From NCBI RefSeq assembly GCF_009914755.1, contig NC_060929.1: a stretch of DNA of 64,000 nt. One strand, given 5' to 3'. A program made the position numbers and the translations under genes. Below the pieces are notes generated by a model that was not told the DNA's origin, did not search any database, and saw only the letters and a list, made by a program, of their open reading frames with translations. The stretch is from the human T2T-CHM13v2.0 reference genome, Homo sapiens. Below are positions 1 to 15,457 of the stretch, piece by piece. Each line of letters starts with the position of its first letter. The first letter of the stretch is position 1.

Positions 1-272
1 GAGATAGGATCTTGCTCTGTTGCTGAGGCTGGAGTGCAGTGATATGATCATGGCTTGCTGAAGCCCTGAACTCCTGAGGTTGGGTGATTCTCCCACCTTA
101 GCCTCTCAAGTAGATGGGATTACAAGAAGTACCACTATACCTGGCTATTTAAAATTTTTTTTTGGCGTGTGTGGAGATGGAGTCTCCCTATGTTGTCCAG
201 GCTGGTTGCGAACTCCTGGTCTCAAGTGATCCTGCCACCTTGGCATCTCAAAATGCTGGGATTACACATGTG
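1..272 (-). mobile_element. Alu (old, AluJ-like), cut by window start
   Basis: Diverged antisense dimeric Alu (ggctggagtgcagtg...ctgggattaca). Confidence 0.85.
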
Positions 273-326
273 TAATATTTTTATTGTCACTATTTTCCAC
301 ATATTCTGGAAATTTTATTTGGATTT

Positions 327-624
<298 letters not shown>

Positions 625-2285
625 GGATTTCTTTTTGACATAGAATTATTTAAGAGAAAGCTTTTAAATTTTCATGCTGTAATTTCTAGTTTTGTTGTGT
701 CATAATCAGAGAATATAATCTGTAGCATTTCTACATTCTCTACTTTGCTTAGATGTTTTTAGGGTGGGGTGTGTAATATGTACTGAATTTTGTAAACATT
801 TTATGGACATACAAATTTCAATGTTTACTTTTTCAGGCTATAGGCTTTGCTACATAATCTTTGTGTATTTTTTGGTCCTCATATAGATTTTTTAATTACC
901 TTTTTGCTGTGATAGAGATTAGAAGGGTAAATTAATGTCTCATTTACCATCATTTTTCTTTCTGTATCTCTTTTCATTTCCTGATGCTTTGGCTTTATGA
1001 AATCTTTATGTATAAAAATTGTGCACACATATCTTTATGCACAGTGTTTTGGATTTTACCCTTCATAATGAGCTTTTTTCTCTCCTTTGAATTTGACCTG
1101 GCCTGGTGTTAACAGCCCAGGTGTAAAATTCCAGTGAGAAAGAAGTCTGATGAGGAGTCAGTAGGATCTTTGTGTTGCTGAGAACTGCTCAGTAACACGG
1201 ACAGCTCCCTGCACTCCAGGAAACATCCTGATTCAGTGTCTTGAGTATTGTGAAACACAGTTAGAGCAGAAACATGGAGAATCACCTTAAAATGGCAAAT
1301 TGGCTTCTGGTCTTGCATAAGACTTCATTGAGGCCTAATGGGCTATGCAGGTCTACTGTCCAAAGTACAGAGGTTATTCCTAGTGTCTTTAATATTACTG
1401 TCCCTTTAGGCAAGAGTATCCTTATGATAAGGGAGACTGAATTAAGCTATTTTGGCTGAGGTATATTTTTATAAATTCATCCAATTAGCTTCCCTTGTTG
1501 TAGTTTTGGCTCACCAAACATTGTTCTGATTATAATTTAGCATCCCATATAATTTCATCTGCAGGGAGAGTCTGTACTAGGCATGGCGATGCTTACATGT
1601 CAGCCCGTGTGACTGCAAGAGTCTCAGTATAATTTGATAACATGGCACTCAGATTCTAGACATTATTCTCTGTGTGCTTAGTGAGTGTGATGACATAACC
1701 TTCAGAAAGATTCATCCTTTCTCACATATTGATAAATCAACTTTTACATCTACAAAGTTGAGAGCCAGAAATTAAAACCTGATTAATTCACTAAGGCATC
1801 CCTATGACGGCAGTCTTCCAACTAGCTCCATTCTGGGGCACTCTGACATCATTATACACTTTCCAATGAAAGCAGGGAGTGTATGTGATTAAAGGGAGAG
1901 CCCTGTGGCACTCCTGAAAAATCTCCCCTCCCAGTTCACAGTGACTTATTAACCAACACTCATGATCATGTGAAACTCTAGAACTGGATCTGGGTGCCTG
2001 GCAGGATGACATGGTGTGAGGCTCAAGCAGCACTGTGGGAATTCAAGCATCTGTTTATTTCTGAGAGAAAAAGTGTAAAGCAAAATAATATCTTTTAACA
2101 AATGTTTGTATTTGACTAAAAAGGAAGCAAGCACTTAATTTATGAATTTGCTAATTGCTCTTCTGAGCTGAGAATATCTGTGTTGAATATTAGTCATTAT
2201 CCATATTTGGCACAGAATAATCCCGAGGGCTAAATGACATTGTTCCTACAGTGGGCACCTGAAGACTGGCTATAAAAGCAATCCT

Positions 2286-2695
<410 letters not shown>

Positions 2696-3559
2696 TTAGA
2701 ACCTTGGGAAAATGTTTTCCCCCTGAATACAGTATAATAAACTTGGTTCTTATTTCTCTTTCTCTCCCCCTCCTTTTTTCTTCCCTCCCCACTACCACAT
2801 GCACACACACAAATAGACAGATTTGTTTATATTTGACTTTCTAAAAACCTGTTACTAGAAAGGCACATTAATACATTTCTCCTGTGCTGATAGTAATCAG
2901 GCAACTCTGGTTTCTATCGGAGGCAATTTCTTACGTATTAAATGCCAGAAAAAGGGCATCCCTCCGTTTTTGTAGAGAGCCTTTCTTTATGAAGACTAAT
3001 GACCACATTAGTTAGTCAGTCAGTCAATAATACTTACCAAATGTCAGTAGAGCCGAAGTGAACACCAACAGAAAATCACATTTTACAAATGCAATTTACT
3101 TGGTATCCTAACATGCCATGTCATAATAATTATTGAGGCTTTTCTTCTCTGCTGCATTGGTCTAATGAAAGTGGCTAGAAAAATATGGGTGCCCATGTAG
3201 CCTCCTGGAAGCACCTGTATGACTTTTCTAGAAGCGAGGTTCCTGGATAAAGATGAATTTTTAAAAGCTGGAATGAATGAGCAGCAATAGCAGAAGGAGA
3301 AAAGTGAGTGAGGGCTCTCCAAGAAGCCATCTGGCAGGCTAAGGGTTCTGAGGGAAGCTCTGGTTTCAGAAGCAACTCAGGAATTACTTCTGTCATATTA
3401 GGATGGGATGGTAGGAGATTGGGAACTCTAGGGACTAGAAGTCATTTAATTTCCTGTCTACAATCCTTAGAAGAGGTTTTGAGACTTGCAACCTAGGACC
3501 TTAACTAATCATCTTCCCTCAGCATTGATAGAATTCTTTATTATACATGTTAATATCAG

Positions 3560-3840
3560 ATTAGTCAGGATGGGCTGGATTATGCTGTGTTAACAGCCAT
3601 TCTCTAAATCTCTGTGGCTCAACATGGAGCTCTGCCTGTCATGGTCACTTGGGACCCAGGCTTTGGGTATAAGGCTACAGCACATGGAAAACGTATGAAT
3701 GTCTCTCAGATTCTTAAAGCTTCTGCTGGAAGTGACATGTCATTCTGCTCACAGTTCATTGGCTAAATGAGTCACGTGGCTCTCTCTAACTTCAAGGATG
3801 GTATGAAATTGCAATCCTACCATGTTTCTAGAAGGAGAAC
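3560..3840. mobile_element. Old MaLR LTR remnant (MLT1-like)
   Basis: ttagtcaggatgggct...ttatgctgtgttaaca start and cattggct...agtcacgtggc motif typical of MLT1; diverged. Confidence 0.5.
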
Positions 3841-6612
3841 CAGCCCTAATCACAATGCTACATGTTTATAGCTTGCCTCATAGAGTTTACTGTATTCTCC
3901 TGGTATAATTTTCTTACATGCTCAACTGGAGAGGAAGCTCTTAAATAGAAAAAAATCACAGTAAATTTCCTTTAAAAGATCTATTTTACAACTCTAGCAT
4001 GATGGAGCACAATGGAGTCCTTAGTAATGGACTCCATCTCTTCCATCAGATAAAATGTTGAGAACTGAAGTTAAAATTTGAATAATGAAACCAAAGGAAA
4101 AAAAATTAAATGAATTTTAAGACAATTGAGATAAGAACAACTGTGGCATCAGCATAATTCAATTTAATAATGTATTAAATATTTTGCAGAAAAGTGAAAA
4201 CAAATTGATAGCCAAATCAATGCAGCATTAAGCCACCATGTGGTCTAATTTCTTGCTGAATTGACAAAACAAAACACTAGTTTAGTTATATAAACATGGC
4301 TGATGTTTATACAAACAACAGAATTTGCCGGTAGCATTATCACTGGAAAATAAGATGTGTACTTAATTCTTGTATGTTCTGAGCCCATCTAGGAAGAACA
4401 TAAAAGACGAAGAACAAAGCAATCACAGGATGTTATCATGAAAATATCACCTTTGGCTGGAGTAAAGTTTTGGCTAAATGTGGCACTAGTATTTATTACA
4501 GCTCACCTTTTTATAATGAAGGGCTATGGACTGAACATTCTTATTATTTCCCATTTTCTTACCACTCTATCCCAACACACATGCACATGCATGCACACAC
4601 GCACACACACTGGCACCCACACCCATGCATGTGGGACACACAGAGCAGCCCAGGCAATTTCAATTGTTGGCAGCTTTGCTTTTATTAGGTATTAGTCTAC
4701 CAACTTGCTTTCTCTTTAGAGAGACTAAGTGAAACCAAACTCATTTCCACCCAGTTATCCTGCTGGAACCTGTAACAGTTACTGTAATGTTAAAAGCAGT
4801 AAAACAAAATAAAAACCAGTCAGTTCACTTACTCCCGAAGTCCGCAGTTTGGTGTTCAGCTTTAAAACGTGCTCTGGGCGTCCTGTGGTGGCTACCAGAG
4901 GCTTTGGTGAGTCATTGTCAACCCAGTAGCTAGAGAAGTGCTGGAATGCCCCTGTTAAATACAGAGCCAGTTTGTCCTTCAGAATGGCTGCTTGAACGAA
5001 TTTACTGCTCAACTCGAAAGGCCATTTTTTATAACCCACTGCAGTTGTGCTTCATGTGTTTCTCCACCTATCCTGTAAAGTGTATTGTGAAATTAATTTT
5101 GTAGATTTCCTCACACTGCAGTGACTAGGGAAATCACCCATTCATTATTATCTAATGAGGAGAAAGTGGAAACATCTAGAAGCACTGCTCCCATCCTCCT
5201 CCCCAGCCCACACAGACACCTACCTCAGGCCCTCCCTGTCCCAGGTGAGCAGAGGGCCCCACCTTCGGAGGTTGCCTCCCTTCCACCTTCACCAATCCTA
5301 TGACCAGATTATCCCCAAGGAAATGTCAATCTCCAGGCAGCAAGGGAATCATATAAAGATAAGATCATTGAGAGATTTTTTTCCTCCGTGATTGGCAGTT
5401 TATATTTTCTTGGGTCTACAAATCTGACAGCATTTATTAAATTTTCTAGTTTGATACTGACCTCTGTCTGATGCTGGGCTGTCACCATGCCCAAGACTGA
5501 GGGGACCCACAGTCTAGCTAGAAGGCATGGATCAATTCCAACTGCCCTACCCCTAGCCTGTGTGCAGGAGAAAGCTCTCAGGCTCTGGCAGAGGAGTCCC
5601 AGGGGAAGGATGCATGATCTTCCACTGTGCCTCCCAGCCATGCTGAGCAGCAAAGCAGACCATGAGCAGGTCTCCCTTAAATTCATTTGCTTGATTTGTC
5701 CTTGAGTGTCCTTGGATGGGTTTGTTCCCTCCTTGTCCAGTATGTCTTGGTCATCCTGATTCCTGGGCTTGGCTCCCAGGTTGATTCTTTCCCTGACACA
5801 AAACAGGCACTATGGGCAAAGACACCTGCAGCCTTGGAGAGACCAGTGATGCTGGATGTTTCCTGTTAGCACTCAGGAAAGCTCAGAGCTTTTGATGAGC
5901 ATCTTTTGATCCATTAGTTAAAACCACGCTGGGTTCTTTATAGTGGTTAGTTAGCTCTGGGCTATGGGATTGTGGAAGACATTTATTTCTTCTTTGGATT
6001 CACCTGGATTTTCTGCAACGGACATGTATCGATAAAATACATGGTGCTTTTCAGAAATTGCCCCATCATCATGTTGCTGTTGTTGTTATTGATATTGTTG
6101 TTTCTGATGGATAGAGATCTAGGCCTGACACTCCAAGCAGTGTGAACAGCATTTACCTTGATAAGCATTCTTACATCTTAACCCTCAGGAATTTTAAATA
6201 GAAGTGTTCCGTGTGATTAAATTAACAGGTTTAGAGATGGGTGTCCTGGTTATTTCCTTTGTTCTCCTCCTGGTAGCTGCCTGCACTCACAGCGTGTTGG
6301 GAATGGTGATTATAAATGTAACCATGCTCTCTTCTTGTAAGTGGAGAGCCCAGGTACCTCTTATCCAGCATGTGACCCTCTTTCTACCTCAGGATAGTCA
6401 TACTCTTAGGCTTCCTAGATTTATTCAGGGCCAAAGGAGTGGTCAAGGTCCTTTTTGTTTTGCCCTATTCCCTTTGGAAAACATTTAGTTTATGCCCATG
6501 TTACAGATTGCAAAATACAGGCACATATTCTCACTAATGTGGTCTGCATGTCCCTTTGCAAGGACATGCAATGTGACTTCACTACTCCTTTCATCAAGAA
6601 AAGGAGCCTCTT

Positions 6613-6931
6613 GGTCGGGCACGGTGGCTCACGCCTGTAATCCCAGCACTTTGGGAGGCCAAGGCAGGCAGATCACGAGGTCAGGAGATGGAGACCATCC
6701 TGCCTAACACAGTGAAACACAGTCTCTACCAAAAAATACAAAAAAAAAAAAAAAATTAGCCAGGCGTGGTGGTAGGTGCCTGTAGTCTCAGCTACTTGGG
6801 AGCCTGAGGCAGGGGAATGGCGTGAACCCAGGAGGCAGAGCTTGCAGTGAGCCTAGATCGCGCCACTGCACTCCAGCCTGGGCAACAGAGCAAGATTCTG
6901 ACTCAAAAAAAAAAAAAAAAAAAAAAAAGAA
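6613..6931 (+). mobile_element. Alu (AluY-like), apparently inserted in an MLT1-type LTR remnant (~6500-7295)
   Basis: Full Alu with gaatggcgtgaacc; 17-bp TSD aagaaaaggagcctctt (6596-6612 / 6932-6948). Confidence 0.95.
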
Positions 6932-7717
6932 AAGAAAAGGAGCCTCTTTGCCTCTTTACCCTAATCTGGGCAAGCCTTGCAACCTGATTTGCCAAAAAAA
7001 ATATGAAGGAAGCAATGTGATGTGATTTTCCAGGCTAGAATGTAAGAAGCCTTGGAGCTTCTGCATTTACTGTCTTCAGATGCTGCCTGAAACCACTGTA
7101 AGAAGCTCTAACCTACTGGAGGATAAGGGGTGAGCCCAAGAGCATCAAGGCTCCCATCAACAGCCAGTCCTGTGAGTGAGGCCATCTTGGACCTGCCAGC
7201 TCAGTAAACCCTTTTGCTGAACACAGCCCAAGGAAGGAACCCTTGCAAAATGAAATCATGTGGTCAGTTTGCAGGGTGGTTATTACACAGCAGTAGATGA
7301 TTGAAAAGGCCCAGTGTCTTCCTGGGGACTGAAACACCCACCTCCTGTTCATGTTGATACACGGTGAGCAGAATATGGATGTGGGAGTGGTGTTGGTTGC
7401 AGGTGAGGTAGAGAAGCACTGAACAGAGCACAAAGACCTGATGTTCCAGGGTCGGGAGTTTAGACTTGATCCTAACAGCGGCCATAGGCGGATTTAGGCA
7501 AGAGAGTAACGTGGTCAGATTTTCATTTTAGAAAGTTACTCTGACATCCATGTGGAGAATGAACTTGAAGGTCACAAGGCTGATGGAGCCAGGAAGACCA
7601 TTTGGGAGGTGATCGTAGTAATCTACTTAAGAGTTCATTACGAGCTGGGGAATGGGGAGGTGTTAGAGAAGAGAAAATGGATTTGAAGAGCTGAGGGATG
7701 TTAAAAAGGCAAAACTG

Positions 7718-8007
<290 letters not shown>

Positions 8008-8949
8008 CAACGGAAAATTGTTGGGACTTGTAATTAATTGGGTGAGGAAACTGAGTGGCAAATGGTCTCAGCTCTACACATGGAGAGCCCTGGGGACATA
8101 GGGAGAGCACATTTGGAAGGAAAGATGATGATTTTAGTTCTTAAAATTTTGTTTGTGGAGGAGGCATTCAGACAGAGAATTCTGTTGGGCAGTTTTATGT
8201 AGAGAACTACATCTAAAGAGGTCAGAAGTGAACTTCAATAAAATTGAGGTGACCAATGATCATCAGTTTTAAAGAGGACATATTTTCTTTTTCTGTTAAA
8301 GGGAACACACCTATGAGTCAGAAAGCCAGACATTTATTTTTTCTCGCCAAAGGTTATTGTACAACCTACGGAAGAGAGTGTAAACACTGGTCTTTAAGAT
8401 GAATTGTAAAGCTCTAAAGAGAATAAGAAAAATTGTGTTTCATGATTTATGATGGATAACATTTTAGAGTTGATTTCATAAGAGAATTCATTAAGCCAAT
8501 AGACAACCATGGCATTTTAACTGTAGTGTTTAAGTATCTTTAGCTCTGATTTTTTAATTAGCAGAAGCAAATAAAGAGAGCTTCATTTTAACCATGAGAA
8601 ATCTCTCTTCTGTATTTCATGTGACTAAATTTGTCCAGACGCTGAAGTTCAAATAATCACAGTGATTGCCAACATAATGGTTAATTTTCTGAGAAGTAAG
8701 TTCATGCTTTGCCACAGTTTGCTCCCCTGTAAGATCAGACAGAAAAATAAGAATAAAACCGACTAATAGCTATTGATTGCTTCTGGAACAGCTATCAATA
8801 TAAAGAGCCAGACAAAACACATAATAAAGAATTGTGTTAGTGCCAGAGAGACTTTAGAGATCATTTGCCCATCTCTTTACCTTCTCCCACTTCTTTCTGT
8901 CCCTCCACCCCACCAGCTCTGATACAGACACACAGGATATTAGTAAAGG

Positions 8950-9180
8950 ATAGTATTTGTTGAGAGCCTTTTGCATGTCAGGCACTGCTTCTAAACGTTG
9001 TATAATACCAGCTCATTCAATCTTCAAATCAATGCTATACAGTAGGTACTCTTCTTCTTTTTTTTTTTTTTTTTAAATTTTACAGCTGAGGGACTGAGGT
9101 ATGGAGAGGTTAGGTAACTTGTTCAAGGACACCAAGCCAGTCAGGCTGCCACTGGACCTAAGACAAGGTAACCTGGCTCT
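8950..9180 (-). mobile_element. MIR SINE remnant
   Basis: MIR core-like ttttacagctgagggactgagg...gaggttaggtaacttgttcaagg. Confidence 0.65.
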
Positions 9181-9793
9181 GAGACCAACCCCACAGAGAA
9201 GTATGTGGATGCTGACAACACTGTAGGAAGTTACAAGGAGCAAAAGAATAGCAGCCTCAGCCCTGAATTCCACTGTAAGCTTCCCTCTAATCTTCCCTGC
9301 CTCACTCTCAATCGAATAAAGAGCTGATCAGGAAGCAACTATGCACGGTCTTCCCCTCCACACCTCCAGCCCCAGCTCCCTTCCCCAGACTCAGTGCCAG
9401 CCTGTGCCAGCCCCCAAGATGGCAGTGTGGAGCCATGCACTAGGTCTGCCGCGCACCCAGCAGTCGGCTGTGGGTTCTTTGTATCTGTCAGAGTCCTGGC
9501 AGGAAATGGTTTCATTCTCAAAGGGTTAACTAGGAAGAATTTAGTGAAGGGTCAGTTTACAAGGTTCAGGAACTAACGGAAAATGGTGAAGCACCCAGGG
9601 ACTGGCACTGGAGCTTCCCCACAGGAGCTGAGGCCAGAGAAGTATACATCCATTGTTGTCTTAAAGAGTGGTTAACTATCTATTTGCTCTTACTTTCAAC
9701 ATTTCTGCTGGGGCCTTGCATTGAGCAAACTCAACTGTAATCTAGAGAGCAGGGACTCCTGAGTGGCACATTCAGTGGGAGTCAGCTTCCTAG

Positions 9794-10105
<312 letters not shown>

Positions 10106-11262
10106 CTTCCTAGGGAATCTTGTAGGAAAGACAAAGGTAGAGAATCTGTCTGATGGCAGAAGCAAATGAATGCCCATCACATGCACTTTCCTCCAACAGA
10201 GCAACTCGGATGCTATGAAACAATGCTAAGTCAGTCTCAGTGTCTGTTGCAGTAATATTGTACATACTGTAGGTCTTAATCATAGGAAATTACATGCCCA
10301 TTGCCCTGTGCATGGACCGGAGCGCACTTATGGGGGGCCGGTAGTCCTCCTTTCAGACATCTTTTTTTTCTCTGCCCCAACAAGTGGCCTTTCCATAGAA
10401 GACTGCCCAGAGAACCCTATGGCAACCCTACCCTCTTATTCCACTTTATTTTTCTTCAAAGTGTTTATTACTCCCTGTTGTTATGTTAGACTCTATATTT
10501 CTGTATTTGCTGTCCTCCAACTTGAAAAGAACCTCTGAGAGGGGAGGGACTTTCCTGGTCACATTCACTTGTCCCAGCACCTGCGATGGTGCCTGACATA
10601 TCTCAGGGGCTCCTTAAATATTTATTGCTAGACAATGGGTATCATGGCTCAGCCTCCTCTGGGGTTACGAGGCTGGAGGAAAGAAACTTTAGCATGAGTG
10701 CAGTGAGAGTAAAAGAATTCAGCAGCTCTAATCAGGGAATGAATCTGGTGTGTAATAGGATCTCAAGGCTTGACTCCTAGTCTAAGACCATTTCTGGAGT
10801 TTGCTGACTTGATCCCCATCCTTCATCATTAGCACTTTGCAGGGAAGGAGCTGAGCGTGGATCTTGACTCTGAATTGGCTGGGACATGCAAAATCGGGGG
10901 CATGCTTGGTGTTGCCCAGGCTCAGCTCTGCCTAGACACACGTGAGGGCCAAGATCTGGTTTGTGTTTCATGAGCTCTCCCAGGATGAAGACCCAGCCAG
11001 GCTGTCTGAAGAAGGGGTGTTCTTGAGTAGGAGGGAAGTACTGCTCCAATACGAAAAATCTAACAATAGCATAGTCCTTAAGAGCTTGAGCTTTGAAGAG
11101 GGAGAACAGACCCATTTAAGGCATGAAAAATAAAGGAAACTCTTGAGTCCCTCCAAGGAAAATTCCAGCCACCTGGCTAGCCTCAAGAAGTAGATGAGCA
11201 CCCTGATAAGTAAGAAGGTAATAATAGCTTAAAACAATAGTCAAGAAAATTAGAGCCACAAA

Positions 11263-11380
11263 CTAATCTTAAATGACGAGTTAATGGGTGCAGCACACCA
11301 ACATGGTACATGTATACATACGTAACAGACCTGCACGTTGTGCACATGTACCCTAAAACTTAAAGTATAATTAAAAAAAA
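11263..11380 (+). mobile_element. Severely 5'-truncated L1PA (3' UTR end + poly-A)
   Basis: gggtgcagcacaccaacatgg...gtaccctaaaacttaaagtataat+poly-A; perfect 20-bp TSD aagaaaattagagccacaaa (11243-11262 / 11381-11400). Confidence 0.95.
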
Positions 11381-11632
11381 AAGAAAATTAGAGCCACAAA
11401 ATGTTTGTTTCCCTATAGAAACTAGAGATAACATCTTAACATATGTCCCTGAGTTGTTTTGTAGAAACCCAGACCCCGCTAAATGGAAAATACCACCTGT
11501 TGGCTCGTAGATCTCAGATAAGGAGGAACTGAGGACTGAACACTCACAACTGTTCTTTGTTCTAAATTTCTTCCTGAGGGACCTGGAGGAAGTCACACCC
11601 ACAGGCCAGAGCAGAACATTCCTTTCTGCTGA

Positions 11633-11984
<352 letters not shown>

Positions 11985-12299
11985 CAAATCAGAAAATCTT
12001 TGAATTCATCTAATGGTCACCTATCCTGTGGGCCCTCACTTTGAGATATTTTGCCTTTTTTGGCCAAACCAATATGTAGCCTCCATGTATTATATGACCT
12101 TGCCTGCAACCTCTGCCTTCCCACCTTTAAAAACCCTTACACATAAGCCATCAGGGAGATTAGGCCTTAAGGATTAGCTGCCTGATACTCCTTGCTTGCT
12201 GCCTGCAATAAATTCCTCAACTTCTGTCTCAGCAATGCCGATATCAGTGCTTGACTTTGATAGGCTGGGTGGGTGGACCCAAATTTGGTTTGGTGACCC

Positions 12300-12460
12300 T
12301 TTGAGCTTAGATTCAAAATTCTAGTTTTGTCACTCTGCAGTTTTGTGATCTTGAGCAAGTTACTTAACCTCTCTGAGCCTTGTTTGTCATGTGTAATGAA
12401 AAGAGCTATACTTACCTTGTGAGGTAGTCCTCAGGATTCAATGAGATAATAAGTACTCAC
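12300..12460 (+). mobile_element. MIR SINE remnant
   Basis: gtgatcttgagcaagttacttaacctctctgagcct MIR core. Confidence 0.7.
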
Positions 12461-12986
12461 TAAACAAAACTCGTTATTACAAAAGAATCACTTTGTCTCT
12501 GAAGTGGGCAATTCAACCCATTTCTAGGAGATTTTAAACATGATTTTAGATATTTGGTGTGATTTTGTGAATGGGTTTATCGTTAATAGCTTTCATGCTC
12601 CAGAATTTTCTTGAATAATAGGTTTTTGCAAAGTGCATTCCATGGAATACTCATTTGGGTGACGTTAATAGACATCACTCAAAAGCTGGGTGAATATTAC
12701 AATGTTTACTTCATCTGTAACAAGCTGAGTAGCTACAGTACATATCTAAGAGGGGGCTCTAATTCTCAATATTTTCCAAATTTATTAGATCACAGACTTT
12801 TCTTTTAGTGAAGTGCTTAATGAAACTTAAGTTCTGTGAAAAGTACTTTGAGAAATATTGCTTTAAAAAGAAAAAGATTGAGCCCTGTATCAGGGGAAAT
12901 ATCTAATATTATATTAAACAAAAAAGTCCCACTGAAGAAAATCATCTTATTGTTCATAGACCTTAGTTTAGGTATTGGGGCCAAAG

Positions 12987-13047
12987 GATGGATGACCATT
13001 TCAAACGATCCAGGCTAAGCCAGGAGGAGAGCTCAAAGTCTGATCTG
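12987..13047 (+). ncRNA. Candidate lncRNA exon
   Basis: Consensus-like donor CTG|GTGAGT at 13047/13048; acceptor (aaag| at 12986 or tttag| at 12971) weak and uncertain. Confidence 0.35.
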
Positions 13048-14964
13048 GTGAGTAAGTTGTGAAGGGAATGTGATGAAAAAGTACACTTCTATTGCAAAGA
13101 AATCATGAGCTAGGTTTATACGCTATGCTGTGAATGGCCAATAGATTATAAATTCAACAGTCTCCCTGTCACAGCTATGGTAATGACGACTGTTTAGGCC
13201 TTAGGGGAGCTTTAGGGAGAGGCAATTTCATACTTAAGTCACACTGACTTAAAAAGTGAAATATTTGAAATCATTGTTGAAATCACGTGGAGGTCGTCAG
13301 CAAGCGGATGAGGTTGGAATGCCTATCATTTTCCTCAAGCTCATGTCCTCTCATTTTCTTATTTGAAAATCTATTTGGCTCAGAAAGGACACCTAGGGTT
13401 AGTCAAAAATCACCTCCTGATGTTCCTTTTAAAGGAAGCTTCCAAGTTATTTGAATAGCTTCCAAGTTATTCATCGAGAAACAAAGCAAATTCAAAGATT
13501 ATGTCCGTAAGCACAAACTGGATTTTAAGAAATCCTGGCTGCATAAACAATTGTCTTATAGAAAAGAATTTCTGTTCCTCTTTTCCCTCCCCTTGTCAAT
13601 CCTATTTGTTTCAGACCTGGGTTCAAACACTAGCTGTAGAGGCTATAAGCTATTGGAAGCACATTTGAGCCTGAAATAAACTGAACCTCTTTTGCCTTGG
13701 TTTTCTCACTTGTAAATGGGGATTTTTGTGTCTACCTCAAAGGTACGTTGCAAGGATCGAGGGACAGAGCGTGCAGCAAGTGGCCAATGAATAGAAGTCT
13801 GGTTTTCTGAGCATCCTTGCAGCTGCAGGCTTCAGTCTACCAGAGAATGTGAGGTGTTATTCTTCTAGGGCAGTGGTTAGAAAAGAAAATGAAAGTAGCA
13901 GTACTCTTTTCCTAATGCAACCATAGATGGATGATCAGAATTTGTAATCCATAAGGTAGAAGCTGCTGTGCCTGAAGAAATAGAAAGTGGGCAGAGGTGG
14001 AGGGGCAAGGTAGGGAGTGGAGTGGAAGGTAGGGAGAGTTTGATCCTAGCCTGCACTGCTCCTCAGAGGTACTTTAGCCTCTTTGGAACAGTATTAGAAA
14101 ATCATGGTTCTATCAACTCATGTCTGAAAATCAATTGCTATTTCAGAGCAGGAGGTGACCAATCTTGGAAATAAGGAAGGGAGAGAGGCAGCCAAGCCAG
14201 CAGCTCCTAGGATTAGTCACTGCCTGGAGCCAGCTCTTGGAAGTTCCCCAGGAGCTGTCCAGTCTTATGTCATGTCTAGTCAGCAGAGTCCCAAAGAAGC
14301 TTGTCATTCTCTAGGCATTTGTGCTTACATTCTGATGGGCCTAATAGCAGGGAGATGACATGGAGCCCAGGCAGAACAGCTGAGATTTCTACTGGTCATG
14401 ACCTCCATCTTCTCCTTCACACCTTTCCTACCTTTCTTTTTCCATGCATTCAACAGACATTTATTACCCAATAAGTGCCAGGTAGTAAGCGAGGACCTGG
14501 GGAGAGCAGATGAGTAAGACACCGTCTCTGTCTCTCAGGAGCTCTCAGATTCTTAGGGACACATGTACATCCTAATAAACACAGTGCATCTCATGAATGT
14601 GTAAGTTTAAGTTATTGATATAGGCACACACAGACAGAGGGACTTCGTTCCCTGCAGGTTCTGTAGTATTTCGTGCCCACTCCCCTTTCTTCCCTTGCTG
14701 CTCACATCATCCTGCCTTCAAGGAATCTGGGGGGATGGTAGACTGAAAGTGGCCCTTTCTGCATAATTCTTCTTGAAAATAAACATTTGCTCTCTTCTTA
14801 GAGGCTGACTATACTGAGAGCTACCACTCCTTGGCTGCTTATTAGCCATTGGGTTATTGCTAAGCCCTTTACATATGTTATATCATTTAATTGTATTGAA
14901 TCTTCACCATAACACTTCAATGGAAATATTTTTCCAAATAAGGAAAGGTGAGACTCAAAGTAGT

Positions 14965-15144
14965 TGTATTAGTCTGCATTGCTATGAAGAACTACCTGAA
15001 ACCGGGTAACTTATAAAGAAAAGAGGTGGGCCGGGCGCGGTGGCTCATGCCTATAATCCTAGCACTTTGGGAGGCCGAGGTGGGCAGACCACGAGGTCGG
15101 GAGTTAGAGACCAGCCTGGCCAACATGGTGAAACCCCGTGTCTA

Positions 15145-15186
<42 letters not shown>

Positions 15187-15309
15187 GTAATCCTAGCTAC
15201 TCAGGAGGCTGAGGCAGGAGGATTGCTTGAACCCTGGAGGTGGAGGTTGCATTGAGCCAAGATCACACCACTGCACTCCAGCCTGAGTGACAGAGCGAGA
15301 CTCCATCTC

Positions 15310-15340
<31 letters not shown>

Positions 15341-15400
15341 AAGATGTTTAATTGACTCTATGTTCCACAGGCCATACAGGAAGCATGGCTTGGGAGCATG
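14965..15400. mobile_element. MaLR LTR fragment (MST/THE1-like) split by Alu
   Basis: tgtattagtctg...acctgaaaccgggtaacttataaagaaaagaggt, resuming as tttaattgactc...gttccacagg...ggaagcatggc after the Alu. Confidence 0.75.
15029..15337 (+). mobile_element. Alu with central (CA)n microsatellite
   Basis: Both arms and poly-A present; central linker replaced by (CA)n at ~15146-15184. Confidence 0.93.
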
Positions 15401-15401
15401 G

Positions 15402-15457
15402 CTGTACTCCAGCCTAGGCGACAGAGTGAGACTCTGTCTCAAAAAAAAAAAAAAAAA
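15402..15457 (+). mobile_element. Alu 3'-end fragment with poly-A
   Basis: ctgtactccagcctaggcgacagagtgagactctgtctc+poly-A. Confidence 0.9.
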
